From: an uncultured Sphingomonas sp.
GTDB lineage: Bacteria; Pseudomonadota; Alphaproteobacteria; Sphingomonadales; Sphingomonadaceae
DNA length: 64,000 nt
Assembly: GCF_964237155.1 (NCBI RefSeq)
Contig: NZ_CAXSHH010000001.1
Location: forward strand, 45,891-109,890
Direction: 5' to 3'
Positions within the stretch are counted from its first letter, which is position 1. Every line of letters begins with the position of its first letter. The notes under the pieces are model-generated. The model saw nothing but the letters and a program-made list of their open reading frames with translations, had not been told where the DNA came from and ran no database searches. Position numbers and translations under genes: made by a program. Below are positions 9,159 to 17,662 of this stretch, in pieces.

Positions 9159-11320
9159 ACCGACCCGCGCACCTTAGCCGTCTTGCGGATGCCGACGACG
9201 ATCCTTTCGCGGCGACGCCCACCGGCCGCTATTTCAACCGCGAGCTGTCCTGGCTCGCCTTTAATCGTCGCGTGCTCGAGGAGGCATGCAATCGCGCGCA
9301 CCCGCTGCTCGAGCGCCTGCGCTTCCTGTCGATATCGGGCTCGAACCTCGACGAGTTCTTCATGGTCCGCGTGGCGGGGCTGAAAGGGCAACAGCTCCAG
9401 GATGTCGAACGGTTGTCCGCCGACGGCATGACGCCCGCGCAGCAACTGACCGCCGTCATCGCTGAGGCCGACGCGCTGATGGCCTCGCAGCAATCCGTTT
9501 GGCGCGATCTTCGCCGGGAGCTTGGCGAGGCTGACATCGACGTGCTCGGCAGCCGCGGGATCGACGACGAGGCCGCGGTCTGGCTCGAACAGCATTTCCT
9601 GCGCCAGATCTTCCCGATCCTGACGCCGCAGGCGCTCGATCCCGCGCATCCGTTCCCGTTCATGCCCAATCGCGGCTTGGCGCTGATGTTCGACCTTGTT
9701 CGCGACTCGGACGACGAACCCATTCGCGAACTCGTCATGCTTCCCGCGACGATGCCGCGCTTCGTCCGGCTGCCGGGCGAGTCCGCGCGCTACGTGGCCA
9801 TCGAGTCGCTGGTGAAGCGTTTCTCCGCGCTGCTCTTTCCCGGCTACGCGGTGCGCGGCGCGGCCGAGTTCCGCGTGCTGCGCGATAGCGACATCGAAAT
9901 CGAGGAGGAGGCGGAGGACCTCGTCCGCTATTTCGCCAACGCCATCAAGCGCCGCCGCCGCGGCCGCGTCATCCGGCTGGAACTGGAGACCGGCATGGCC
10001 GAAGAGCTCGCCTCCATCCTCAAGACCGAACTCGGCGGCGGCGGGACGATCATCACCGAATCGGGATCGTTCCTGGGACTGAACGATCTCGACGCGCTGG
10101 TCGAAGAGGATCGGCCCGACCTGAAATGGCCCGCATTCACCCCGCGCTTTCCCGAACGCATCCGCGAATTCTCCGGCGATTGCTTCGCGGCGATCCGGTC
10201 CAAGGACATACTGGTCCATCACCCCTACGAGACGTTCGAAGTGGTGATCGCCTTCCTCAAGCAAGCCGCCGCCGACCCGGATGTGGTCGCTATCAAGCAA
10301 ACGCTCTATCGCGCGGGCAAGCAGTCGGCGATCATCAACGCCCTCATCGCCGCCGCCGAGGCCGGCAAGTCGGTGACCGCGATCGTCGAGTTGAAGGCTC
10401 GCTTCGACGAGGAGCAAAACCTCTATTGGGCGTCCGCGCTCGAACGCGCCGGCGTCCAGGTCGTGTACGGCTTCATCGATTGGAAGACGCACGCCAAGGT
10501 GTCGATGGTGGTCCGGCGAGAAGGCGGCGAGTTCCGCACCTACTGCCATTTCGGGACGGGCAACTACCACCCGGTCACCGCGCGCATCTACACCGACCTC
10601 AGCTTCTTCACCGCCGATCCGGACCTTGGGCAGGACGCGGCGCAGATGTTCAACTACATCACCGGTTACGTCGAGCCGCGCGCGCTCCACCGCCTCGCCC
10701 TCTCGCCGCGCGACCTGCGCCCGCGTCTTGTCGACCTGATCGACGCCGAGATCGCCCACGCTCGTGCCGGCCGTCCCGCGGGCATCTGGGTCAAGGTCAA
10801 CTCGCTCGTCGATCCCGAACTGATTGAGAAATTGTATGAGGCGAGCGGGGCGGGCGTCGAGATCGACCTGGTCGTGCGCGGCATTTGCTGCCTGCGTCCG
10901 GGCGTACCGGGCATGTCGGACCGCATCTACGTCAAGTCGATCGTCGGCCGGTTCCTGGAGCATAGCCGCGTATGGGTCTTTGGCAGCGGCGAGGCGCTGC
11001 CGGGGGACAGCGCCAAGGTGTTCATCTCGTCGGCGGACTGGATGCCGCGTAATTTCGATCGCCGCGTCGAATACATGCTGCCGATCGTCAACGAGACCGT
11101 CCACGACCAGATCCTCGACCAGGTGATGGTCGCCAATCTCATTGACAACGAGCAAAGCTGGGTGCTCGGCCCGGAGGGCGACTATACCCGTGTCGAGAAG
11201 GGGGAGCGGCCGTTCAACCTCCACCGCTACTTCATGACCAACCCGTCATTGTCGGGACGCGGCGCGGCGCTCGGCGCGAGCGATGGGGTGCCCACGCTGT
11301 CGCTCCGGCGCAGGCGTTGA
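9155..11320 (+). CDS. ppk: Polyphosphate kinase 1
   Basis: 721 aa. [20 protein letters not shown]-terminus, [19 protein letters not shown], and two PLD-like HKD-type segments ([11 protein letters not shown] and [10 protein letters not shown]). Confidence 0.96.
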   Translation: MNRPAHLSRLADADDDPFAATPTGRYFNRELSWLAFNRRVLEEACNRAHPLLERLRFLSISGSNLDEFFMVRVAGLKGQQLQDVERLSADGMTPAQQLTAVIAEADALMASQQSVWRDLRRELGEADIDVLGSRGIDDEAAVWLEQHFLRQIFPILTPQALDPAHPFPFMPNRGLALMFDLVRDSDDEPIRELVMLPATMPRFVRLPGESARYVAIESLVKRFSALLFPGYAVRGAAEFRVLRDSDIEIEEEAEDLVRYFANAIKRRRRGRVIRLELETGMAEELASILKTELGGGGTIITESGSFLGLNDLDALVEEDRPDLKWPAFTPRFPERIREFSGDCFAAIRSKDILVHHPYETFEVVIAFLKQAAADPDVVAIKQTLYRAGKQSAIINALIAAAEAGKSVTAIVELKARFDEEQNLYWASALERAGVQVVYGFIDWKTHAKVSMVVRREGGEFRTYCHFGTGNYHPVTARIYTDLSFFTADPDLGQDAAQMFNYITGYVEPRALHRLALSPRDLRPRLVDLIDAEIAHARAGRPAGIWVKVNSLVDPELIEKLYEASGAGVEIDLVVRGICCLRPGVPGMSDRIYVKSIVGRFLEHSRVWVFGSGEALPGDSAKVFISSADWMPRNFDRRVEYMLPIVNETVHDQILDQVMVANLIDNEQSWVLGPEGDYTRVEKGERPFNLHRYFMTNPSLSGRGAALGASDGVPTLSLRRRR

Positions 11321-12828
11321 GCAGGATCGGGAACGGGACGACCCCGGCGAGCCGTGCGCCGTCCGCGATCGAGCCGCGCCCGCGGACCGCGATCATCGAT
11401 ATCGGCTCCAACTCGATCCGCCTCGTCGTCTATCAGGGTCCCGCGCGTCTTCCCGCCATCCTGTTCAACGAGAAGGTGATGGCGGGCCTGGGCCGCGGGT
11501 TCGCCGCCACCGGCGCCATCGAGCCAGCCGCGCTACGCAAGGCGCACACCGCATTGGCCCGCTTCGCCGCGATCGCGCGGGTGATGGAGGTCGAACGGCT
11601 CCGCACCGTCGCCACCGCCGCCGTCCGCGACGCGTCGAACGGCGGCGAGTTGATCGCCCAGGCCGAGCTGCTCGGCCTCCATGTCGAGATCCTGCCCGGC
11701 GAGCAGGAGGCATTGGCGGCGGGCGAGGGCGTGCTGTCGGGCATTCCGGACGCCGACGGCATCGTCGGGGACTTGGGCGGCGGCAGCCTGGAACTGGTCC
11801 GCGTCGGGCGCGGGCGGGTCGGCGAGCGCGTCTCGCTCCCGCTCGGCGTACTCCGCATCGCCAGGCTTCGCGAATGGGGCCCGGTAGCCTTCGAGCACAA
11901 GGTTGCCGCGATGGTCGAGGGCGCGGGCTGGGGCGGGAAAGGGCGCGATCTGCCCCTCTACCTCGTCGGCGGCTCGTGGCGCGCGCTGGCCAAATTCGAT
12001 ATGGCGCTGACCGAGTACCCGCTTCCGGTCATTCACCAATATGTCCTATCCGCAGCGCGCGTCGCCGAGTTGGAAGGCGTCATCGCGCCCCTGCCGCGTC
12101 CCCGGCTGCGCGAGATCGCCGGCGTCAACTCGACCCGCGCGGGCCTGCTCGGCGATGCCGCCGCGCTGCTCTCCGTGTTGCTGCGCGGGCTTGGCGCGAC
12201 GACCACGATCGTCTCCTCATTCGGCCTGCGCGAGGGCCTCCTCCACGGCGCGCTCGATCCGGCGACGCGCGCGCAGGACCCGCTGATCGTCGGCGCTCGC
12301 GAGGAAGGTCGCCTGCTCGGCCGCTTTCCCGAGCATGGCGACCTCCTCGACCGCTGGATCGCGCCGCTGTTCGCCGCGACGCCCGGCGACGGAGCGCGCC
12401 TGCGTCACGCCGCGTGCTTGCTCGCCGACGTCGGCTGGCACGCCAATCCCGATTTCCGCGCGGAACGCGGGATCGAGACCGCGCTGCACGGCTCCTGGGT
12501 GGCGATCGACGGCGCGGGCCGCGCGATCCTCGCGCAATGCCTCGCCACCGCGCTCGCCGGCGGCGTTGCGACGCCCGAGCCGCTGGATCGCCTCGCGACC
12601 GCCCCCCGGCTCAGGGAGGCGATCGCCTGGGGCCTCGCGATCCGCCTCGGTCAACGCCTGAGCGGCGGCGTCGCGGGACCGCTGGACCGGTCGCGTCTGG
12701 TGGACGACGGCGCGGCGCTCACGCTCCACCTCGCTCCCGCCGACCGCGCGCTCTACGGCGAGGCGGTCGAGAAACGCCACGCCGCGCTCGCCGCGTTCCT
12801 CGATCGAGCGCCGCTGCTGGCGGTCTAG
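11317..12828 (+). CDS. ppx: Exopolyphosphatase (Ppx/GppA family)
   Basis: [14 protein letters not shown] actin-like ATPase motif, DLGGGSLEL, 503 aa. 4-nt start/stop overlap with ppk. Confidence 0.9.
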   Translation: MSRIGNGTTPASRAPSAIEPRPRTAIIDIGSNSIRLVVYQGPARLPAILFNEKVMAGLGRGFAATGAIEPAALRKAHTALARFAAIARVMEVERLRTVATAAVRDASNGGELIAQAELLGLHVEILPGEQEALAAGEGVLSGIPDADGIVGDLGGGSLELVRVGRGRVGERVSLPLGVLRIARLREWGPVAFEHKVAAMVEGAGWGGKGRDLPLYLVGGSWRALAKFDMALTEYPLPVIHQYVLSAARVAELEGVIAPLPRPRLREIAGVNSTRAGLLGDAAALLSVLLRGLGATTTIVSSFGLREGLLHGALDPATRAQDPLIVGAREEGRLLGRFPEHGDLLDRWIAPLFAATPGDGARLRHAACLLADVGWHANPDFRAERGIETALHGSWVAIDGAGRAILAQCLATALAGGVATPEPLDRLATAPRLREAIAWGLAIRLGQRLSGGVAGPLDRSRLVDDGAALTLHLAPADRALYGEAVEKRHAALAAFLDRAPLLAV

Positions 12829-13997
12829 ACCGCCTCCGCCCGCGTCATCTTCAGCTTGCCGTTCACCACCGCGAACGCCAACCGCCCCTCCACCAGATCG
12901 AGCGCGTCGCGCCCGAACTGGTCGAACCGCCACCCCTCCAGCATCGCCAGTCCGTCGCGTTGCCCCGCCGCCAACGCCTCCAGCTCGTCGCTCCGCGCCA
13001 GCAGCTTGGACGCGACGTCGATGTCGCGCGACCGGATCTTGAGCAGCAGCTTCAGCAGATCGGCGACGAGCGACCCCTCCTTGCCGAGTCCCGGCTTGCG
13101 GTCGTCGCGCGGCGGCATCTCCGCGTCGGGGAGCGGTCGCGCGCCCTCGATCGCCGCCATCAACCGCGCGCCGATATCGTTATGCGCCCAGGCCGGCGAT
13201 AGCCCGCGCACCTTGGCCAGATCCGCCTGCCGCTTGGGCGCATGTCCCGCCAAGTCGGCCAGGGTCTCGTCCTTCACGATACGGCCGCGCGGCAGGTCCT
13301 TCCCCCGCGCCTCCAGCTCGCGGAACCGCGCGATCGCCTTCAACCGCCCCAGCACGTCCGCCTTGCGGCTGTTCACCCGCACCCGCTTCCAGGCGAGATC
13401 GGGATCGTTCTCATAGTGGGCCGGGTCCGCCAGCCGCTCCATCTCCTGATCGAGCCATCCGCCGCGCCCGGTCTTCCTGAGCCGTTCCAGCATCTTCGGG
13501 AATATGGCCGAAAGGTGCGTCACATCGCCGATCGCATAATCGACCTGCCTTTCGTCGAGCGGTCGCCGGGCCCAGTCGGTGAAGCGCGCGCCCTTGTCGA
13601 TCTGCACGCCCAGCCAGCTATCGACCAGGTTGGAATATCCGATCTGCTCCCCCTGACCCAGCGCCATCGCCGCCACCTGCGTGTCGAACAGCGGATGCGG
13701 CGTCTTGCCCGTCAAATTATAGACGATCTCGATATCCTGCCCGCCCGCATGGAAGACCTTCAGCACGTCCTCGTTGTCGGTCATCAGATCGAGCAGCGGT
13801 TTCAGATCGATGCCGGGCGCCATCGGATCGACCGCCGCGGCCTCCTCCTCGTTGGCGACCTGGATCAGGCACAGTTCGGGCCAGAAGGTCGACTCGCGCA
13901 TGAACTCGGTGTCGACGGTGACGAACGGCGACGCGGCGAGGCGGACGCAAAGGTTGGCGAGCGTCGCGCTGTCGGTGATGAGCGGGTGTACGTGCAT
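12825..13997 (-). CDS. rnd: Ribonuclease D
   Basis: DEDD exonuclease motifs (VTVDTEFMRESTFWPELCLIQV, FHAGGQDIEIV, YAIGDVTHL) plus an HRDC-type C-terminal half. 390 aa. Confidence 0.92.
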   Translation of the reverse strand: MHVHPLITDSATLANLCVRLAASPFVTVDTEFMRESTFWPELCLIQVANEEEAAAVDPMAPGIDLKPLLDLMTDNEDVLKVFHAGGQDIEIVYNLTGKTPHPLFDTQVAAMALGQGEQIGYSNLVDSWLGVQIDKGARFTDWARRPLDERQVDYAIGDVTHLSAIFPKMLERLRKTGRGGWLDQEMERLADPAHYENDPDLAWKRVRVNSRKADVLGRLKAIARFRELEARGKDLPRGRIVKDETLADLAGHAPKRQADLAKVRGLSPAWAHNDIGARLMAAIEGARPLPDAEMPPRDDRKPGLGKEGSLVADLLKLLLKIRSRDIDVASKLLARSDELEALAAGQRDGLAMLEGWRFDQFGRDALDLVEGRLAFAVVNGKLKMTRAEAV

Positions 13998-14063
13998 CGG
14001 CCGTCACTAGCGCGGGTGCGCCGGGTTGACAAAGGAGGGTGGGACGGACGCCTGGCCTATCTT

Positions 14064-14150
14064 CCGTCACCCCGGGCTTGACCCGGGGTCCCGCTTTGTC
14101 CAGCCGCCGCGTCTACAGAAGCGGGACCCCGGCTCAAGGCCGGGGTGACG
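14064..14150. repeat. Repeat family A, copy A1 (three-hairpin palindromic element)
   Basis: CCGTCACCCCGGGCTTGACCCGGGGTCCCGCTTT...AGAAGCGGGACCCCGGCTCAAGGCCGGGGTGACG. Two terminal hairpins sit in inverted orientation around a central stem. It lies in the rnd/aspS divergent intergenic region. The same family occurs at 17557, 46194 and (half copy) 30013. Confidence 0.8.
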
Positions 14151-14166
14151 AGAAGAGAGAAGATAC

Positions 14167-15948
14167 ATGCACGCCTACCGCACCCACACTTGCGCCGCGC
14201 TCTCGACCAGCAACGTCAGCGAGACCGTTCGCCTGTCCGGGTGGGTCCACCGCAAGCGCGATCACGGCGGCGTGCTGTTCGTCGACCTGCGCGACCATTA
14301 CGGCATCACCCAGATCGTCGCCGACGGCGACTCCCCCGCGCTCGCCGCGCTCGAGCAGGTGCGCGTCGAGTCCGTCCTCACGATCGACGGCGTCGTGAAG
14401 AGCCGCTCGGAGGCGACGGTCAACACCGCGCTCGCGACCGGCGCGATCGAGGTGTTCGCGCAAGGGGCAACCGTCCAGTCCGCCGCGCAGGAGCTGCCCA
14501 TGCCCGTCGCGGGCGAGGCCGAATACCCCGAGGACATTCGCCTGCGCTATCGCTTCCTCGATCTCCGCCGCGAGCGCCTCCACGCCAACATCATGCTTCG
14601 CTCGCAGGTGATCGCCAGCATCCGCAACCGGATGATCGCCCAGGGTTTCACCGAGTTCCAGACGCCGATCCTGACCGCCTCCTCGCCGGAGGGCGCGCGC
14701 GATTATCTCGTCCCCAGCCGCGTCCATCCGGGCAAGTTCTATGCGCTCCCCCAGGCGCCACAGATGTTCAAGCAGTTGCTGATGGTGGCGGGTTTCGACC
14801 GGTACTTCCAGATCGCGCCGTGCTTCCGCGACGAGGACGCGCGGGCGGATCGATCGCCCGGCGAGTTCTACCAGCTCGATTTCGAAATGAGCTTTGTCAC
14901 GCAGGAGGACGTGTTCCAGGCGATCGAACCCGTGCTCCACGGCCTGTTCGCCGAGTTCGCCGACTGGCAGGGCAGGGGGCGGCAGGTATCCGCACTCCCG
15001 TTCCCGCGCATCCCGTACCGTGAGTCGATGCTGAAATATGGCAACGACAAGCCCGACCTGCGCAACCCGCTCGTCATCACCGACGTGTCCGACCATTTCC
15101 GCGGCTCCGGCTTCGGCCGGTTCGCGACGATCGTCGAGGGCGGCGACGTGGTCCGCGCCATCCCCGCGCCGAATACGGCCGACCGGAGCCGCAAGTTCTT
15201 CGACGACATGAACGGGTGGGCGCAAGCCGAGGGCTTTGCGGGCCTCGGCTACGCGACGCGCAAAGGCGGCGAGTGGGGCGGCCCGATCGCCAAGAACCAC
15301 GGCGAGGAGGGCATGGCCAGGATCGCCGAGGCGATCGGGCTCGGGCCCGACGATGGCGTGTTCTTCGCGGCGGGCAAGAAGGCGCATGCGGCCAAGCTCG
15401 CCGGTCTGGCGCGTACCCGGGTGGGCGAGCAGCTCAACCTGATCGACCCGAACCGCTTCGAGTTCTGCTGGATCGTCGACTTTCCGATGTTCGAATGGGA
15501 TGAGGATACCAAGAAGGTGGATTTTAGCCACAATCCCTTCTCGATGCCGCAGGGCGAGTTGGAGGCGCTTGAGACGAAGGACCCGCTCGACATCCTCGCT
15601 TACCAGTACGACATCGTCTGCAACGGCGTCGAGCTGTCGTCCGGCGCGATCCGGAACCACCGGCCCGAGATCATGTACAAGGCGTTCGAGATCGCGGGCT
15701 ACAGTCAGGCCGACGTCGACCGCGGTTTCGCGGGCATGATCAACGCGTTCAAGTTCGGCGCCCCCCCGCACGGCGGCTCCGCGCCCGGCATCGACCGGAT
15801 AGTGATGCTGCTGGCGGGCGAGCCCAACATCCGCGAGGTCGTGCTGTTTCCGATGAACCAGCGCGCCGAGGATCTGATGATGGGCGCGCCGGGGCCGGTC
15901 TCGGCGATGCAGCTGCGCGAACTGAACCTGCGGAGCACGGCGGAGTGA
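14167..15948 (+). CDS. aspS: Aspartate--tRNA ligase
   Basis: 593 aa. Class II motifs [24 protein letters not shown] and [14 protein letters not shown]. The presence of gatCAB in the window suggests a non-discriminating type (inference). Confidence 0.97.
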   Translation: MHAYRTHTCAALSTSNVSETVRLSGWVHRKRDHGGVLFVDLRDHYGITQIVADGDSPALAALEQVRVESVLTIDGVVKSRSEATVNTALATGAIEVFAQGATVQSAAQELPMPVAGEAEYPEDIRLRYRFLDLRRERLHANIMLRSQVIASIRNRMIAQGFTEFQTPILTASSPEGARDYLVPSRVHPGKFYALPQAPQMFKQLLMVAGFDRYFQIAPCFRDEDARADRSPGEFYQLDFEMSFVTQEDVFQAIEPVLHGLFAEFADWQGRGRQVSALPFPRIPYRESMLKYGNDKPDLRNPLVITDVSDHFRGSGFGRFATIVEGGDVVRAIPAPNTADRSRKFFDDMNGWAQAEGFAGLGYATRKGGEWGGPIAKNHGEEGMARIAEAIGLGPDDGVFFAAGKKAHAAKLAGLARTRVGEQLNLIDPNRFEFCWIVDFPMFEWDEDTKKVDFSHNPFSMPQGELEALETKDPLDILAYQYDIVCNGVELSSGAIRNHRPEIMYKAFEIAGYSQADVDRGFAGMINAFKFGAPPHGGSAPGIDRIVMLLAGEPNIREVVLFPMNQRAEDLMMGAPGPVSAMQLRELNLRSTAE

Positions 15949-15954
15949 CTTTCT

Positions 15955-16080
15955 AAAGCCCCTCCTCTTCAGAGGAGGGGTTGGGGGAGGAGCAGGCTGG
16001 TTGTGAGTGGGGTCAGCCGGTACCTACTCGGTGAGGGCGTTCTCCTCCCCAAACCCCTCCTCTAAAGAGGAGGGGCTTTT
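15955..16080. repeat. Repeat family B, copy B2 (126-bp nested palindrome)
   Basis: AAAGCCCCTCCTCTTCAGAGGAGGGGTTGGGGGAGGAG ... CTCCTCCCCAAACCCCTCCTCTAAAGAGGAGGGGCTTTT. It fills the gap between convergent aspS and glpD. Its right arm contains the last 5 codons and the stop of glpD. Confidence 0.8.
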
Positions 16081-17537
16081 ATCGCCCACCACACTTCGAA
16101 CCGCGCCCGCTCGGCCGGCGTCAGATGCAGCCCCAGTTTGCTCCGTCGCGCCAGCACGTCCTCCGGCGTCCGCGCCCATTCCCGCTCCCGCATCCAGCGC
16201 GCCTCCACTTCGGTCAGCCCCGCGCCAAACGCCTCGCCCATGCCCGCCTCGTCTCCGACCCCGGCGAGCAGATCGCGGAGCATCGACCCGTAGGCCCGCG
16301 TCATCCGTTCCGACCGCGCGTCGCCCAGGAACGGCCAGCGGGTCCGCACCTCGGCTAGGTACTCGTCGAACGGTCCGATATCGCCGCCGGGAAACTTCCG
16401 CTCACGCGTGACTCGTGCCGCCTTGCGCCCCAGCGCGGGCGCGAGCTTGCCGATCGCCTCCTCGCCCAAGTGACGCGCGGTGGTGATCTTGCCGCCGAAC
16501 ACCGACAGCAGCGCCGGGCCGGTCTGGTCGAGCTCCAGCACGTAATCGCGCGTCACCTCGCGCGCCTCGCTCGCCCCGTCGTCGTACAAGGGCCGCACCC
16601 CCGACCAGGTGCTCGTCACGTCGGCGGGCGTGACTTGCCGTGTGAAATGCGCGTTCGCGGCCTCGCACAGATAGGCGATCTCCCCGTCGTCGATCACCGC
16701 GTCCTCGGGTCGCTCGACGGGCACGTCGGTGGTGCCGATCTCCGTCCCGCCCTCATACGGGATGGCGAAAACGATCCGGCGGTCAGGCTGTTGGAGGATG
16801 TAGGCGTGATCGCCCTCATACAGCCGCGGCACGACGATGTGGCTGCCCTTGACCAACCGGACGCCTGCGCCGGCGTTGACGCTCAGCCGCCCCAGCAGCT
16901 CCGCCACCCACGGCCCCGCCGCGTTGACCAGCGCCCGCGCGCGCACCTCGCGCCCGTCCGATAGCCGCGCCGCCCACACGCCGTCCTCGCGCCGGGCGCT
17001 GTCCAGCGCGGTGCGGGTCAGCACCTCCGCGCCGTCCGCGGCCGCGTCGACCGCGTTCAGCAGCGTCAACCGCGCGTCGTCGACATACGCGTCCGAATAG
17101 ACGAACCCCCGCCGCCCGTCCTTCAGCGGCGCGGTATAGGCCGTGTCGGTGCGCTTGAGTCCGCGCGACCGCGCCAGCGTCGATCGCCCGCCCAGCCGGT
17201 CGTACAGCAGCAGCCCGGCGCGCACCAACCACCAGGGCCGGACCGCGTTCGCATGCGGCAGCACGAAGCGCATCGGCCGGATCAGGTGCGGGCCCGCCTT
17301 CACCAGCCGCTCGCGCTCGCCCAGCGCATGCGCGACGAGGCGGAAGTCGTAATATTCAAGGTAGCGCAGCCCGCCATGGATCAGCTTGGTCGAGGCCGAT
17401 GAGGTGTGCTGCGCCAGATCGTCGCGCTCGACCAGCAGCACCGACCAGCCGTTCAACGCCGCCTCGCGCGCGATCGCGCAGCCGTTGATCCCGCCGCCGA
17501 CGATGAGGAGGTCGTAGGTTTGCGCCACGCCCTCCAC
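16062..17537 (-). CDS. glpD: FAD-dependent glycerol-3-phosphate dehydrogenase
   Basis: YDLLIVGGGINGCAIAREAALNG dinucleotide-binding N-terminus, GGKITTARHLGE, 491 aa, GTG start. Confidence 0.92.
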   Translation of the reverse strand: MEGVAQTYDLLIVGGGINGCAIAREAALNGWSVLLVERDDLAQHTSSASTKLIHGGLRYLEYYDFRLVAHALGERERLVKAGPHLIRPMRFVLPHANAVRPWWLVRAGLLLYDRLGGRSTLARSRGLKRTDTAYTAPLKDGRRGFVYSDAYVDDARLTLLNAVDAAADGAEVLTRTALDSARREDGVWAARLSDGREVRARALVNAAGPWVAELLGRLSVNAGAGVRLVKGSHIVVPRLYEGDHAYILQQPDRRIVFAIPYEGGTEIGTTDVPVERPEDAVIDDGEIAYLCEAANAHFTRQVTPADVTSTWSGVRPLYDDGASEAREVTRDYVLELDQTGPALLSVFGGKITTARHLGEEAIGKLAPALGRKAARVTRERKFPGGDIGPFDEYLAEVRTRWPFLGDARSERMTRAYGSMLRDLLAGVGDEAGMGEAFGAGLTEVEARWMREREWARTPEDVLARRSKLGLHLTPAERARFEVWWAIKAPPL

Positions 17538-17556
17538 CTACCTGCTGTTTCTTCTT

Positions 17557-17633
17557 CCGTCATGCCGGACTTGATCCGGCATCCCGCTTCTTCGGGCCGA
17601 GAAGCGGGACCCCGGCTCAAGGCCGGGGTGACG
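17557..17633. repeat. Repeat family A, copy A2
   Basis: CCGTCATGCCGGACTTGATCCGGCATCCCGCTTCTTCGGGCCGAGAAGCGGGACCCCGGCTCAAGGCCGGGGTGACGG in the glpD/rnr divergent intergenic region. Its right arm is identical to the A1 right arm. Confidence 0.8.
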
Positions 17634-17662
17634 GGGGGAGTGCTTGCACCTATCTTCAACCG

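Noticed and set aside
8588-11224. 878-aa ORF on the minus strand
   Set aside because: It is antisense to hdaA and ppk, which have clear family motifs. Its translation is Arg/Asp/His/Gly-rich low-complexity sequence, typical of off-frame ORFs in GC-rich DNA.
11283-13202. 639-aa ORF on the plus strand
   Set aside because: It overlaps ppx (another frame) and rnd (opposite strand). Its translation is Arg/Pro-rich nonsense.
14134-15771. 545-aa ORF on the minus strand
   Set aside because: It is antisense to aspS, with the same GC-rich antisense-frame artefact and no recognisable motifs.
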